This document shows positions 39,201 through 50,298 of a stretch of 64,000 nt of DNA, in pieces. The DNA is from Mizuhopecten yessoensis. Taxonomy: Eukaryota. Positions within the stretch are counted from its first letter, which is position 1, and each line of letters opens with the position of its first letter. Below the pieces are notes generated by a model that made no database searches, had not been told where the DNA came from, and was given only the letters and a program-made list of their open reading frames with translations. A program made the translations under genes and the position numbers. The stretch is from assembly GCF_002113885.1 (NCBI RefSeq), contig NW_018405514.1:212523-276522 (forward strand). Direction: 5' to 3'.

Positions 39201-41498
39201 GAGAAACCAGTTATCTATATACATCATGTATTCATGCTGTAATAAAAGACAACCCATTATCTATATAACTCATGCATTCATGCTGTAATAAGAGACAACC
39301 AGTTACATATACACTTCATGTATTCATGCTGTAATAAGCGACAACCAGTTATCTATACACCTCATGTATTCATGCTGTAATAAGAGACAACCAGTTATCT
39401 ATACACCTCATGTATTCATGCTGTATTTAGAGAAACCAGTTATCTATATACATCATGTATTCATGCTGTAATAGGAGAAAACCTGTTATCTATATATAAA
39501 TTGTGTATTCATGCTGTAATAAGAGACAACCAGTTATCTATATAACTCATGTATTCATGCTGTAATAAGAGACAACCAGTTATCTATACATCTCATGTAT
39601 TCATGCTGTAATAAGAGACGACCAGTTATCTATATAACGCATGTACAGTATTAATTAGTACAGTATTCATGCTATAATAAGTTGTGATATATATATGCTG
39701 TAAGAAGTCAAAAACTGATTTCATAATGCTTAGATAAATCGAACAATAAAGATTTTATAATTAAAACTAAATAAATTTTAACGGACACCCATACTTTTAT
39801 GATATATATATAGCTATTAGCTAGTGATAAATTGTGCTATTACTTACGCTCTCATTGCGGACTCTGTTAGCCTCTTGTTGTAACCAATCATTCTCCTTTC
39901 GTCTGCATATTTCGTTAAGGATTAAAAAGTAACAATATTATGGATGATAGGGGAAACACAGTAACCAGTATATCCACCAAGGTTTGAATTATCTTCATAC
40001 ATATAGAAAATAATAATTACCTTTAAAAGTTAAATATTTTTATGTGCATCTGTTTCAACAGAAATCTCAAAAGTTAACTGGAAACTGTTAGATCATGGTA
40101 CAGTGGGTCATCTGATTACAAACTGATTACAAACTAGTGTCACTGTCAGCACATGGCTGTGAATTATAGTTATTTACCAGTGTAGACTATTAGGTCTGTA
40201 ACATGGTTTACCATTCCACTAACCTGACCAGGATAGTAGATCGTATATCAGGGCAATACATAGGTCGGGATAGTAGAATTGTTCACAACCTACCTGCAGG
40301 CCATTATTTAGTTTAGAATATGAATTTGGAAACCTCTACAAAGCCAATACAATAGTACAATGTCCTTGTTATATAGAGAACACTATTATATGTACTTGTT
40401 AAACAGATACTGTTTATTGTAATTATAATTTATATGTTTATTACTTAGTACAGTTGGTATCTCCCGACTCCCTTAGGGGAAACAGATTTTTATTTTATTG
40501 TTTGTTTTACCTAAATTCTGGATAAGCAATGAAGATAAATGTATTCAAATAAGAAAGGATACAGATCTTCAACTTTTTTCCTTGCATTCTCCAAATCTGT
40601 CGTCACCTTTTCCAATCTGAATGAAAATGTATTTATATAATAACAACAACACAGGATATAGGTACCTAAGTAACAATTAACGTCCAAACAATGACTGATA
40701 AAATCATGATAATTAGCTGGGGTACATTCGCGTATCTGGTTGAAACGGTTCAACCTATAAAGAAAACAACAGGCACAGATCTGGACCGCGAGGCTGACCT
40801 CAGGAAAATTTGGCACATGTAGATTGAGGGGTCCAGACGTACCTGACCGAAACTAAAATGCTGACTATTGCCAGTTTGCGTTATTTCTTTCAAAAACAAT
40901 GTCAAGTCACACGTAGTTTTTAAGATATGTTATGTAATTCAGTGGATGGATGAAAGAAGGTGATAACAAGTTGTTTTTTATTCTCCAAAACGGTGCATTT
41001 TTAGCTCTGCTTATAGAACGGTACTATTGCGTTCGTTTATCGTGGATTATTTCTGTGCCACACCGTACCATGGTAACGAATAAACTAATGTATTTTAGTA
41101 TTATAAACAATATACAAAAAAAGTATCTCATTACAGTACTGTAGTCATTTGTAAGGTGTGTGTTTTTCATTTATATTGCTTTTTTTAAATCTTTGTTACG
41201 AATAAATGAAAGAAAAAGAAAAGGGGTAACGTTAAGTCGATATATGTTGTGTGAATCGTCATATGTAACTGATGTTTTTGTGATGACAGGTACAAATAAT
41301 TCTCCAACATTCATTTAGAGCATGATGCATGTTGGTCGACCAAGAAATAACGTCTTTAATTACTCACTCTTGTTGAAGAATCAGCTCTTTTTCTGTAGGC
41401 TCAGGGGTTGCTGGCTTTTGTTTAGGTTCATCACCGTCGTCATCTTTGCCACCCTTTCCTTTCTTCCCTTTTTTCCCACCCTTTTTCTTTGGAGGCAT
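36288..41498 (-). CDS. CCDC166: Coiled-coil domain-containing protein 166-like (DUF4515 family), about 311 aa, 7 exons
   Basis: GT-AG exons 41498-41368, 40616-40563, 39902-39848, 38370-38226, 38013-37934, 37102-36926 and 36581-36288 give a 936-nt ORF: MPPKKKGGKK...TEKELILQQE...LRKENDWLQQEANRVRNESHEYMSYM...EQLNKIKELEKEVMQMRTKHS...FLRDKREF...EAIQCLTDHTNAIKTENRNLRRELLELI. Collinear with recalled vertebrate CCDC166. Confidence 0.85.
38355..39680 (-). repeat. 46-bp tandem array (about 28 copies) derived from the CCDC166 exon-4 splice acceptor
   Basis: Sense unit ATAACTGGTTGTCTCTTATTACAG|CATGAATACATGAGTTATATAG. The terminal copy is the real acceptor and exon start (CATGAATACATGAGTTACATGG). Confidence 0.95.
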
Positions 41499-41742
41499 TT
41501 TCAAAATAACCACAAGAAATGGCGTCCTTGGTGACTACGGTAACAGGTGCTAGCTTTTATTGTAGTTTCGTAGTTTTTCATTTCTTTAAAAGTATTACAC
41601 CGTGTTTGCCTTAATTTAATCTTATATTTAAAAGAATATATATGTTATCAAATTCAAGTGCTTTTTGGATGAGATTGATCCCTTTCAGAATTAAAAATAA
41701 TACGAAACCGAGCGTCAATAATTACTTTTTTTTCTTCTAAAA
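41499..41742. promoter_or_regulatory. Putative bidirectional promoter of CCDC166/LSM11 with an RFX X-box
   Basis: Only 244 bp between divergent ATGs. GTGACTACGGTAAC (41531-41544) fits the 14-bp X-box pattern and overlaps a second half-site, CCTTGGTGAC. Confidence 0.6.
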
Positions 41743-44700
41743 ATGGCGGCGCCCATTGAACAACCGGTGAAACGTAAAACTACTAAATTACCGCCAGAAA
41801 TTGATCTAACGTCTCCACATTTTGACCCATCAAAGGCACTCTTTTCTAGTCACGTACTGCTGCCATTTGCATCTGCAGAACCACTTGACAATTTGGCGAG
41901 GTTCGAGAGTTGGTCTAAACAGTCAAAGAAAAATGAAGCTATCCACAATCTCGAAAATCTACCAGTTGAAGTTGAATCAGAAAGGAAGCCAATACATAAA
42001 ATAATTGTAAAACCAGCTACTGTTGATTTATCCAAACACTCTGGAAGGCATCGAAATAAACTCAACAGAAATGTGCTTACACGAATGAAAGGTTAGTCTT
42101 GTGAAATGTCAGACATTTCGTCCCGAAGTAGTTATTTCCCTTTAATCAGCACATACACGAGTGCATACAATTACATATTGGATGGGAAATATGATGAGAT
42201 TGAGAGTGACGCATTATGAAATTCTCCTATTTATTTAATTTCATAGCCCGAGTTTCCTCTGGCCCTGTCACCAGACTTGGACATTTTGACGGATAGATGT
42301 CTGATGTAGGCCAACACCAGACATATATCTGTCCAAATGTCTAAGTCTGGTGTCAGGGCCAGAGTAAACTGGGGCTAATAATTTCCCTGAATAATAATAA
42401 TATTTATTCTGTAAAAGCAAGATACAGGTACAAATATCACATATGATCACAGATTTCAATTGCATAATAATCACAGATTTATCACAGTATTTAGATTATC
42501 ACATCAAAGTTAATATCACAAATTTTGGAGCACTATAAATACAATGTATCTGTTTGACTAAGCTTTAACCTAGGATATCCCATGAAAGCTGGGTGGCAGC
42601 TTATTTCCAATGGGGTCCTCTAGTATAGATCTTAATTACTTAGATAACAAAAGGTCCTAAGGATTTGACCTTATAATATGAATATAAGATGGTATAATTT
42701 CTCGTAATAATATATATATGAATAGAATAAGTTGTAATTGGTCAAATATGATGATGATATATTATTTCATCAAAATAAGATGTTATTTTATTTGACGGTA
42801 TAAGATGGAGTTGTCATTAGCAAATATGATTTCCTTCTGATAATATATATATGTGGGGCTATGCATGATGTTGTTTCCACTTGTAATATTAAAATATCAG
42901 TTATATGTATCACTGTACATATCATAATGCAAGATGATGTCATTCTTGCAGATATTAAGTAACAATATAAGATGGTGTTAGGCCATATACATTTATACTG
43001 TGGTACTTGTGTGTAGAACAGACAACAGGTGGTTGGGCAATCCCTACCAACCTATTATCTGTCTAACAAATTATAGCAATTTGGGGTATAATACATATAT
43101 AAAAATGACTTTTAATAAAATAAAGACTGAGGATGATGGTAATAAAATCTTCCATAACATTTATAAAAAGTACATATTATATTGGTACTTTAGTTAAAAT
43201 TTTGGTAATACATCATATATTTTTAGAAGAAGTTTAGAGTCACCCACTGGGATAGAATAAAAATTACCTTTAGAAGACAAATTCTTGCTCAAAATCATTT
43301 TTTGCCAAAACTTGTAAGTACTTTTTTATCTCGCTTTTGAATTTCTTCTTGTGATCGACAGATTTTATTGAATGTGGTAAGTTATTCCAATCTTTGATAG
43401 CATTATAGAAAAAAGATGATGATTCCACACCTTTTATATAAGGAATGTTGAAATTCAGATCACTGTTCCTGGTAAAGTGTTTTTTCTCTGTTCTAGTAAA
43501 ATTTTCTTTCATATAGGATGGACATTTGTTATGTTGAATATTAAAGACATGGTTAAAACGGAGCTGTTTTACCCTGCCCCTAAAATCCAACATATTAGCT
43601 TGTTCCAATTCCTGATGGGTGACTCTTGATCTATTATCAAGTTTCATTTGAAATTGTGTAATTTGTAGTTTTTGTCGAAGTTTTTTGGATATGTTTTCGA
43701 ACCAGAAGCTAGAAGCATAGTCAAAATGACATTGGATCAGTGCAGACACCAGGGTTTTAAACCAATTATAGCACCACTGAAACAAAATTCAACTTTTTGT
43801 CTTTAAAAATGACGAAATCTCTCCAACAGTGCAGAAGTGATGGTCCTGCCAGTGAAACATTAATTAGTATAACTTTAACAACGACCTTGATCTTGGTGAA
43901 GTTGCATGGTTCCATGTAGGTTATTAATTAAATTCTGTTCAGCCATACAGAAATTGTAACACATCCTCTGTGGGTGATTCTCTATGGATGATTCATTTGT
44001 TCATGGAGTTTCATGAATTTTCTTAAAATCAATAGACATTTGTTTATTGTCATTCCTATATAATATTCATATGTATAGCTGTTTGAATTATCATGTATAC
44101 AAATAATGAATTTTTGTTTTTATTGAAGAGTATGAGAAAGGACCCTTAAGTTTTCTGAAGAAATGTGTTGAAAACCGCCATGTTGTAAAGATTTGGACTA
44201 GAAATGCATGTGAACTAAGAGGATTCTGCACTGGTTATCTAGTGGCCTTTGACAAATACTTCAATCTGGTAAAATAATTTTGATTTTTATATATATTTTC
44301 ATTTTTGGTTTTATTACTCAGATAAATTATGTTCAATATGTTCAATATTGTTGTCATATAAAAAAAATATGTTAATACAATAAAGGACAGGTCACAATGC
44401 CGTAATAAGATGCCAATTGTACCATGTTTATAAAAGTGTTTTCTCCCTATAACCTAATATAAAGGTGAAACTTAACTTTTTTTCTATCAAAAAAATCCCC
44501 TTTAGCCCTTTGGCTAAAAGTGCCTGTGAGTTTATGGTAGGGTACATTGTCTGTCTGTTAGTCCATTATCTATGAATTGTTTTATTTAAATGACTTCTTC
44601 TTGAAAACCAAAAGTCCTGGAGTCACATTTGACCTATCAATTTCTTAAAAGGGGTACCATAAAAGTTCCTCATATAAGTCACTTTTGATCAACTTTCAAG

Positions 44701-46146
44701 GTCATTGGTGTAAGGTCCTCATCATATTTACCATGATGTGGTGGCATGCAATGAAGAAATGAATACAAAATTCAATCATAATGCTACCAGGATATGAGCT
44801 GGGGTCTGGCCTCACCTTCAGGGACTAAATACCATGGTCATTGCATGGAAAAGATCTTTAGATTCTTACCCTGTAACTATATGTATGAATTTCTTTAAAT
44901 TTTCCATGACACATCCTTGTTCCTTGGAAGTTCAGATGAAGGAATGAAATGTTATGTAAAAAAACCAGCATTATCCTGCCAGGGACTGAGCCCACAATAG
45001 GAATAATATTTAACATGTTTTTTGAATATCAAGGTGAACGGTACAAGTCTTATGTACTTCTTGTTTGATGTTTGAAACAAAGTATTTCACGTGAACCATT
45101 TATTTTCAGTTTAGCACTTACCCAATATGAACATGAATGGATTGTGATAGAAAAAAAATTGTTCAACTCTTCATATCATTTTTTATATACTGTAGTAAGA
45201 AACATTTGTTTCAGGCTTTGATGGATGTTGATGAAACCTACAGAAAACCTGTCAGTCGAGATAATCGCATCCGGAAATGTACTGAGGTAGGTAATCCAGG
45301 AATAAATACATTGCAATTACAATAATGCTTATGAGAAACTTTAAAAGCTGTTTAAATAACAATTGTGAATGCTTTAAAGGGTTTTTAATGTTCTTAAGGA
45401 AATGCCTCTTCTCTATAAAATAATGTTTATGAATGTACCAGGTAGTTGGAATGAATTATTTGTATGTACATGTACAATAAAGTACAAAATATAGACAGAT
45501 ATACCCTTTTCAATTTGATATATTTGTTTCTGTATCTTGGCAGATATTACAAGTGATAGCTGTTTCTGATCAAAAGGAGAGTGATCCAGTCATTCATATT
45601 GAGGAAGGAGATAGTGCTGAGACTCCGATCACCTCTCAGGAAACCACATTCAGACCTTCTGTAGAAAACAATGTGAATGCTATGGAAAATCTCAAAATTA
45701 CAACTGTAGAAAAGTCCCAAGAAAGTACTCATTCCTGTAGTGAAAAAGAGATTGCATGTATATCTTCTGTCAGCAATTGTGTAGCTAGTACTGTAAGCAA
45801 TTGTGAGAAAAAATTAGCTACAAAGAGTTCTCAGGACACATGTCGAGCAGAGGAACAGACCGTTAGAGTTGCTGAAAGTGAAAGTATAGACTTTAATGAG
45901 CCATGTACTGATATCAGTGACAAGCCAAGTGATAAAAGTAAGTCAGATAAAAGGACAAAAAAAGTGAAAAGTGAAAATATGGACCAGATGATGCCGTCAT
46001 TTGATGCTGCAAAAGTTGCCAGAGTGTGGCAAGATACTGTGGCAAGGGATAAATCAAAACCACCTCTCGCACTGAAGTACAGACATGCTAATCAGCTGTT
46101 TATCAGGGGAGATAATGTGGTGTCCGTTAGTCTTGTTTATGCTTAA
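41743..46146 (+). CDS. LSM11: U7 snRNA-associated Sm-like protein LSm11 (about 387 aa, 4 exons)
   Basis: Exons 41743-42091, 44129-44268, 45215-45286 and 45544-46146 join in frame. N-terminal D..S..FDP..AL and P.DNL..F motifs, RNVLTRM...GPLSFLKKCV, Sm1 ([26 protein letters not shown]), a long spacer, then Sm2 (RHANQLFIRGDNVVSV). AATAAA at 46161. Confidence 0.93.
42244..42377. mobile_element. 134-bp foldback/MITE hairpin in LSM11 intron 1
   Basis: TAGCCCGAGTTTCCTCTGGCCCTG.CACCAGACTTGGACATTTTGAC... is nearly fully complementary to ...GTCCAAATGTCTAAGTCTGGTG.CAGGGCCAGAGTAAACTGGGGCTA. Confidence 0.7.
43200..43800 (-). mobile_element. 5'-truncated LINE (L2/CR1 group), ORF2 C-terminal fragment
   Basis: ORF 43785-43270 contains KTLVSALIQCHFDYASSFW...KLQITQ...SSFFYNAIKDWNNLPHSIK, a typical RT thumb and C-terminus. 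Confidence 0.85.
44500..45000 (-). mobile_element. Decayed HINE-like repeat in LSM11 intron 2
   Basis: TTTAGCC..GGCTAAA hairpin, a TGTCTGTCTGT microsatellite and a GACTTCTTCTTGAAAACC motif typical of these elements. Confidence 0.35.
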
Positions 46147-46419
46147 ATTTCATCAAAGTTAATAAATTATTATGTTTACATACATACTAGTTGATGTGAT
46201 ACTTATATGTTTACATACATGTTAGTTGCTGTGACACAAATGTTGTTTGGCAGTATTTTGGTGCCACTGATACAAACAATAGAAAGTCATTGTTTTGTGT
46301 CTATCAATACTATGTGTTAGGAATATCCATTATCATCTGTCATATGTTACAAAATCATTACCTTTGTGTAGAAAGAGCAGTGTTCCAGTTTAGAATAAAA
46401 ACAACAGGTGACCAAGGTA

Positions 46420-46760
46420 AAAACAGAAGGTATAGATGTCCCAGGTATGAAAATAGTTGAACTGGAAAAAAGAAAGTGGTATCCCAGTTAAGGATATAAA
46501 GATGCATGCATCCCAAATAAGGACAAAGATGTTCCAGGTATGGATAAAGATGCAGGTGTCCCAAATAAGGATAAAGATAGAGGTGTCCCAGGTATGGATA
46601 AAGATGGAGGTGTCCCAGGTATGGATAAATATGGAGGTGATCCAGGTATGAATAAAGATGCAGGTGTCCCAAGTAAGCATAAATATAGAGGTGTCCCAGG
46701 TATAGATAAAGATGGAGGTGATCCAGGTATGGATAAAGATGGAGGTGTCCCAGGTATGAA
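46420..46760. repeat. 27-bp minisatellite downstream of LSM11
   Basis: Unit GGTGTCCCAGGTATGGATAAAGATGGA with variants. Explains the repetitive ORFs at 46358-46809. Confidence 0.9.
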
Positions 46761-47154
46761 GGCAGTTGAACTGCAACAATCACTATCATTTACATTTCAC
46801 AAAATATAGCACAGGATCACAAAAACACGGTAAATATTGAGGTTCCATTGCAATGTACATCACATCACATTTGAAGAGAATTGTTTACCTTCAGATCAGT
46901 CAAGATTCGTTGTGATGTTCTGAGCAGTTCGCAAAAACATACCCCAAGTGACCTTGCTGCCTTGACATTTAACCCTAAGCATTTACAGCTGCAATGTTTA
47001 CCTTAGTTGTTGGCAATGTTCCATTCATTTTAAGTTTGAAATTTTCAACCTAATTACATTGTGACCTTGACCTTTGACATTGAGAAAATTTAGTGATGTT
47101 CCGATCATCATTTTAAGACAGCTTAAGGCACCTGTATCATTCATCTGCTTTTAA

Positions 47155-47540
47155 CAGGGTTAGACACTAACCTTTTTTGCTTGGTAGTCCACAGGACTAG
47201 TTGAATAGATTATTAACTAGTCCTTCGTCAATGCAACTAGTCCAAGATTTCCTTATAAGGAAACATTGCAATCTACAGTACGAAACATCAAAAGTAATTG
47301 ACTGTAGGGGACTTAAAATAACTACTGCCATAAAAATATGGTGAAGTTTTAGGATGCTTTTGACAATTATCATGCAATAATCTTATTTTAAGCAGTTTTC
47401 TAAATTTTAAAAGGGAACATTCTTATTTTATAATCAGATATTTCACAAGTCCAAAGGACCAGTTAGGTTAGGTGATTCACTATTCCTTGCTGAAATCTAC
47501 TAGTCCAGGACTAGTGGGCTGGTGTTGGTGTCGACCCCTG
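47155..47540. mobile_element. hAT-like MITE
   Basis: Imperfect TIRs CAGGGTTAGACAC ... GTGTCGACCCCTG with repeated subterminal GGACTAGT/ACTAGTCC motifs. No 8-bp TSD preserved. Confidence 0.5.
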
Positions 47541-47902
47541 CAGAAGTATAATTCTGTCCATCACAAGCTATAATGACTATCTTGCACCATAAATTTAAGT
47601 TGTAATTCATGTGACCTTGACATTGGGCTAGAGTCATCCATTCAAACAAACTTGATAGCCTGACCACCCCAGTAAGCTGCATTCCAACTATCACCACTCT
47701 ATCTGTCAATCAAAATTAAAAAAAAAACAAAACAGGATTGACACTTGAATCACAAAGGTCATTTGAGGATACTAATTCCTGTAGAGAACATATATCTGTG
47801 TTGCCCCAAAGCAGCGTTTTGGAGCTCTAGTTTGTCTTGTGTTCTTTCATCTGTCTTTTTGCATGAACTGGTCAATCATTTATAATGCAATGCATAAGAG
47901 TG

Positions 47903-50298
47903 TTTTATACCAAGTAGTATCAAATGTTAAAGGTTTTATACCAAGTAGCAGTATTAAATGTTAAAGGTTTTATACAAAGTAGCAGTATTAAATGTGAAAG
48001 GTTTTATACCAAGTAGCATCAAATGTTAAAGGTTTTATACCAAGTAGTATCAAATGTTAGAGGTTTTATACCTAGTAGTATCAAATGTTAAAGGTTTTAT
48101 ACCAAGTAGCAGTATTAAATGTGAAAGGTTTTATACCAAGTAGCATCAAATGTTAAAGGTTGTATACCAAGTAGTATCAAATGTTAAAGGTTTTATACCT
48201 AGTAGTATCAAATGTTAAAGGTTTTATACCAAGTAGCATCAAATGTTAAAGGTTGTATACCAAGTAGTATCAAATGTTAAAGAATTTATACCAAGTAGTA
48301 TCAAATGTTAAAGGTTTAATACCAAGTAGTATCAAATATTAAAGGTTTTATACCAAGTAGTATCAAATGTTCAAGGTTTTATACCAAGTAGTATCAAATG
48401 TTAAAGGTTTATACCAAGTAGCAGTATTAAATGTTAAAGGTTTTATACCAAGTAGCAGGATTAAATGTTAAAGGTTTTATACCAAGAAGTATCAAATGTT
48501 AAAGAATTTATACCAAGTAGTATAAAATGTTAAAGGTTTTATACCAAATAGTATCAAATGTTAAAGGTTTTATACCAAGTAGTATCAGATGTTAAAGGTT
48601 TTATACCAAGTAGCAGTATTAAACGTTAAAGGTTTTATACCAAGTAGCAGTATTAAATGTGAAAGGTTTTATACCAAGTAGCATCAAATGTTAAAGGTTG
48701 TATACCAAGTAGTATCAAATGTTAAAGAATTTATACCAAGTAGTATCAAATGTTAAAGGTTGTATACCAAGTAGTATCAAATGTTAAAGGTTTATACCAA
48801 GTAGCAGTATTAAATGTTAAAGGTTTTATACCAAGAAGTATCAAATGTTAAAGAATTTATACCAAGTAGTATCAAATGTTAAAGGTTTTATACCAAGTAG
48901 TATCAAATGTTAAAGGTTTTATACCAAGTAGTATCAAATGTTAAAGGTTTTATACCAAGTAGTATCAAATGTTAAAGGTTTTATACCAAGTAGTATCAAA
49001 TGTTAAAGGTTTTATACCAAGTAGTATCAAATGTTAAAGGTTTTATACCAAGTAGTATCAAATGTTAAAGGTTTTATACCAAGTAGTATCAAATGTTAAA
49101 GGTTTTATACCAAGTAGTATCAAATGTTAAAGGTTTTATACCAAGTAGTATCAAATGTTAAAGGTTTTATACCAAGTAGTATCAAATGTTAAAGGTTTTA
49201 TACCAAGTAGTATCAAATGTTAAAGGTTTTATACCAAGTAGTATCAAATGTTAAAGGTTTTATACCAAGTAGTATCAAATGTTAAAGGTTTTATACCAAG
49301 TAGTATCAAATGTTAAAGGTTTTATACCAAGTAGTATCAAATGTTAAAGGTTTTATACCAAGTAGTATCAAATGTTAAAGGTTTTATACCAAGTAGTATC
49401 AAATGTTAAAGGTTTTATACCAAGTAGTATCAAATGTTAAAGGTTTTATACCAAGTAGTATCAAATGTTAAAGGTTTTATACCAAGTAGTATCAAATGTT
49501 AAAGGTTTTATACCAAGTAGTATCAAATGTTAAAGGTTTTATACCAAGTAGTATCAAATGTTAAAGGTTTTATACCAAGTAGTATCAAATGTTAAAGGTT
49601 TTATACCAAGTAGTATCAAATGTTAAAGGTTTTATACCAAGTAGTATCAAATGTTAAAGGTTTTATACCAAGTAGTATCAAATGTTAAAGGTTTTATACC
49701 AAGTAGTATCAAATGTTAAAGGTTTTATACCAAGTAGTATCAAATGTTAAAGGTTTTATACCAAGTAGTATCAAATGTTAAAGGTTTTATACCAAGTAGT
49801 ATCAAATGTTAAAGGTTGTATACCAAGTAGCATCAAATGTTAAAGGTTGTATACCAAGTAGTATCAAATGTTAAAGGTTTTATACCAAGTAGTATCAAAT
49901 GTTAAAGGTTGTATACCAAGTAGCATCAAATGTTAAAGGTTTTATACCAAGTAGTATCAAATGTTAAAGGTTTATACCAATAGCAGTATTAAATGTTAAA
50001 GGTTTTATACCTAGTAGCAGTATTAAATGTTAAAGGTTTTATACCAAGTAGCATTAAATGTTAAAGGTTTAATACCAAGTAGTATCAAATGTTAAAGGTT
50101 TTATACCAAGTAGCAGTATTAAATGTTAAAGGTTTTATACCAAGTAGTATCAAATGTTAAAGGTTCAATACCAAGTAGTATCACATGTTAAAGGTTTTAT
50201 ACCAAGTAGTATCAAATGTTAAAGGTTTTATACCAAGTAGTATCAAATGTTAAAGGTTTTTTACCAAGTAGTATCAAATGTTAAAGGTTTTATACCAA
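47903..50298. repeat. 31-bp minisatellite (about 77 copies)
   Basis: Unit TTTTATACCAAGTAGTATCAAATGTTAAAGG, with a perfect core at about 48870-49815 and variant flanks. Confidence 0.98.

Noticed and set aside
46420-46809. Collagen-like or repeat protein ORF (GVPGMDKDG) and repeated CAG|GTATGG donors
   Set aside because: A 27-bp VNTR lying downstream of the LSM11 stop and polyA signal. It is not Gly-X-Y periodic and has no exon context.
41743-47000. U7 snRNA gene or histone stem-loop near LSM11
   Set aside because: No U7-type Sm site with a 3' hairpin and no histone stem-loop could be identified by eye.
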